A DNA stretch of 63,519 nt, the filler included, from Chiloscyllium plagiosum (lineage: Eukaryota): the NCBI RefSeq assembly GCF_004010195.1. It is 5 parts of one record of this genome, joined end to end, with 100 filler letters (N's around TTAATTAATTAA, not from the genome) between each part and the next. Parts side by side here need not be neighbours in the genome. Positions count along the whole stretch, not along the records: positions 61,116 to 63,519 come from NC_057713.1; 4 more parts are not named here. One strand, 5' to 3'. Positions 61,116 through 63,519 of the stretch are shown here, piece after piece. Under the pieces are notes generated by a model. That model saw only the letters and a program-made list of their open reading frames with translations. It ran no database searches and was not told the DNA's origin. Both the position numbers and the translations under genes were made by a program. Each line of letters begins with the position of its first letter. The first letter of the stretch is position 1.

Positions 61116-62403
61116 GAGGGATAACTAGGAGGGGGGGTGGGGCTGGGGGGAAGGTAGCAGTGAAGGCGGTGGATGCAGGTGGGAGTTCATGATGATAGCT
61201 CAGAGCGTAGGGCAGAGTGGATAGTTTGTAAGGAAGATGGACAGGAAGGACAGTGCCAGGTTGGAGGATTGGATCTGGGATAAGGTGGGGGGAGGGGAGA
61301 TGAGGAAACTAGTGAAATCAACATTGATGTCATGTGGTTGCAGGGTCCCAAGGCTGAAGATGATGTGCTCTTCCTCCAGGCATCGGGTGGCTAAGATTTA
61401 GCAGTGGAGGTGTCCATGTCCTTGGCGGAGTGAGAGGAGGAGTTGAAGTGGTCGGCCACAGAGAGGTGGGATGTTTGGTGTGTGCATCCCAGAGATGCTC
61501 TTTGAAACATTCCACAAGTTGGCATCATGTCTCCCCAATGTAGAGAAGACCACATCGAGAGCAAGAGATACAGTAGATGAGGTGATGGATCTGGAAAATC
61601 TCTACCAGATGTGGGAGGATCCTTGGGGGCCTTGAATGGAGGTGAGGGGGGAGGTGTGGGCGCAGTGCCTCTTGTGGTGGCAATGGAAGGTCCATGGAGT
61701 GGAGAGCGGGTTGGTTGGGTGCGTGGACCTAATGATGGAGGCACGGAGGGAATTATCCCAGCGGAATGCTGATAGGGGTGAGGAGGAAAATATATCTCTG
61801 GTGGTGGGGTCTGACCATAGGTGGCGGAAATGGCAAACAATGATGCGCGGTATCTGGAGAATGGTGGGGTGAAAGCTGAGGACAGGTGGGATGGGGGTGC
61901 AAGGTTCTATCTTTGATGCAGTTGGAGGCATGAGGGTCAAAGCCAGAGGTGCAAGAAGTGGAGGTGATGCGTTGGAGGGCAGTATTGACCATGTGGGAAG
62001 GAAAATTGTCGTCCTTGAAATAGGAGGCCATCTGGGATGTTCTGGAGTGGAACTGGTTTCCTGGGAGCAGATACAGTGGAGATGAAGGAATTGGGAGTAA
62101 GGGATAGCGTTTTTACAGGAAGAGTCGGAGGAGGTGTAATCCAGATACCTGTGGGAGTCGGTGGGTTTGAAGTTGATGTCCTTGTTGAGTCGGTCACTGG
62201 AAATGTTGACAGAGAGGTCCAGGAAAGGGAGGGAGGTGTCCAAGATGGTCCAGGTGAACTTGAGGTAGAAGGTGTTCACGAAGTTAACGAACTGTTCAAC
62301 CTTGTGGGAGCACGGGAGATATTGCCGATGCAGTCATCAATACTGCTCAGGAAAAGGAGAGGAATGGTGTCCTTGTAACTACGAAGATGAACTGTTCCAT
62401 GTC
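61116..62403 (-). mobile_element. Neptune-type Penelope RT C-terminus and GIY-YIG (decayed)
   Basis: LFLSSIDDCIG, LKFTW...LPFLDL, KPTDSHRYLDYTS, AIPYSQFL and LSFHP motifs. Confidence 0.88.
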
Positions 62404-62914
62404 TGGGTGATGGCTCTTCATTGCACACAGAGTACAAGCACAGTTAGATTAATCAACCTGTTTGGGCATGTTATGGCATATATCTGGGGCCGGTGGGACT
62501 TGGACCTGGATGCCTTGGCCAAGAGGTAGGGACACTATTCTTTGAGGATTTTTGTGGCACCATGGTAAAGTATATACTTGAGACAGACGGGTTATACCTA
62601 TTAATGTTTTCTTGTTATTTTTCACACATTTCTAACCCTGATCCTTTCACTTTTGCCCAACGAGGTTGAATCGCAGCCCAGGCTGATGAGATTAATTGTC
62701 CTTTCCCTTTACTGGCTTTAAGTGTCACATATGATATAATCTAAGCTAATCACATTCACTGAAAACAGACCAGTACCACAAGCTCCACATGTTCACAGCA
62801 TGAGAAATTGGCAGTGTGACTCAGCAATAGTTCTACCACCTCTCAAATCAGCCTCAGTGCAAACATTTCAATGCAGAAGGTATAATCTCATTGGCATCAT
62901 TTGGACGCCAATAA

Positions 62915-63300
62915 TATATGACCAGCACATCTTTCCTTAGATTTGAGGCCCAAAACCGCTCATAATATTCCAAATGCAATCTCACCAGAGCCTTATAAAG
63001 CTTCAGCAGTACATCTCTGCGATTGTATTCCAGCACTCTTGAAATGCATGTTAATGAAATGAAGGCATTTGCCTTCCTAACTGTTAAGTAAACCTGCATG
63101 TTAAAGTTAAGAGAATCCTGAAATAGGACTTTACACTTCACATTTCCAAAGGCTTTTTCCCCATTTAGAAAACAGTTTATGCCTCTATTCTTCTTACTAA
63201 AGTGCATAAATTCACTCTTTGAGAAACTATATTCCATCTTCTACTTATTTGTTCACTCTCCTACCCTGTCCAAGTCCTCTGCAGCCTCTCCACTTCAAGA
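62915..63300 (-). mobile_element. CR1 fragment
   Basis: LKLYKALVRLHLEY...FWA. Confidence 0.8.
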
Positions 63301-63322
63301 CTACCTGTAAATGCCAACCACT

Positions 63323-63519
63323 GGGTGGCACGGTGGCACAGTGGTTAGCACTGCTGCCTCACAGCACCAGAGACCCGGGTTCAATTCCCGCCTCAGGCAA
63401 CTGACTGTGTAGAGTTTGCACGTTCTCCCCGTGTCTGTGTGGGTTTCCTCCGGGTGCTTCGGTTTCCTCCCACAGTCCAAAGATGTGCAGGTCAGGTGAA
63501 TTGGCCATGCTAAATTGCC
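63323..63519 (+). mobile_element. HE1-type SINE, truncated by window end
   Basis: Nearly identical to 1085-1280. Confidence 0.9.

Noticed and set aside
1..63519. CRISPR array or prokaryotic defence system
   Set aside because: Vertebrate intronic DNA; no regularly spaced repeat-spacer array or operon-like ORFs.

Overview
Shark (elasmobranch) genomic DNA, inferred from HE1-type SINEs and HER1/CR1 LINEs; a carpet or bamboo shark is a guess. The whole window appears to lie inside the 3' part of the ZFAT gene on the + strand. Three coding exons were recognised by translation and splice phase: 28794-28915 (last C2H2 finger), 37605-37731 and 38761-38888. The neighbouring exons were not found. The rest is intron densely filled with decayed and nested transposons: CR1/HER1 LINEs (one near full length with an esterase-type ORF1), L2, Rex-Babar and RTE pieces, several tRNA-derived SINE families, a DeuSINE-like family, a solo LTR, a Tigger-like MITE, Harbinger pieces, and many Penelope-like elements (PLEs). 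The ORF track does not show two notable signals. The first is a rearranged GalEa-type Ty1/Copia gag-protease-integrase fossil at about 2.5-5.0 kb. The second is a set of minimal hammerhead-ribozyme motifs in at least four PLE terminal-repeat families, including a 129-bp solo unit with its own target-site duplication (TSD) and an intact sense-strand copy in the ZFAT intron. PLE hammerheads are a known phenomenon, so I cannot claim a wholly new system. All family assignments come from recalled motifs, not database searches. There are six assembly gaps, four carrying an artificial TTAATTAATTAA linker.
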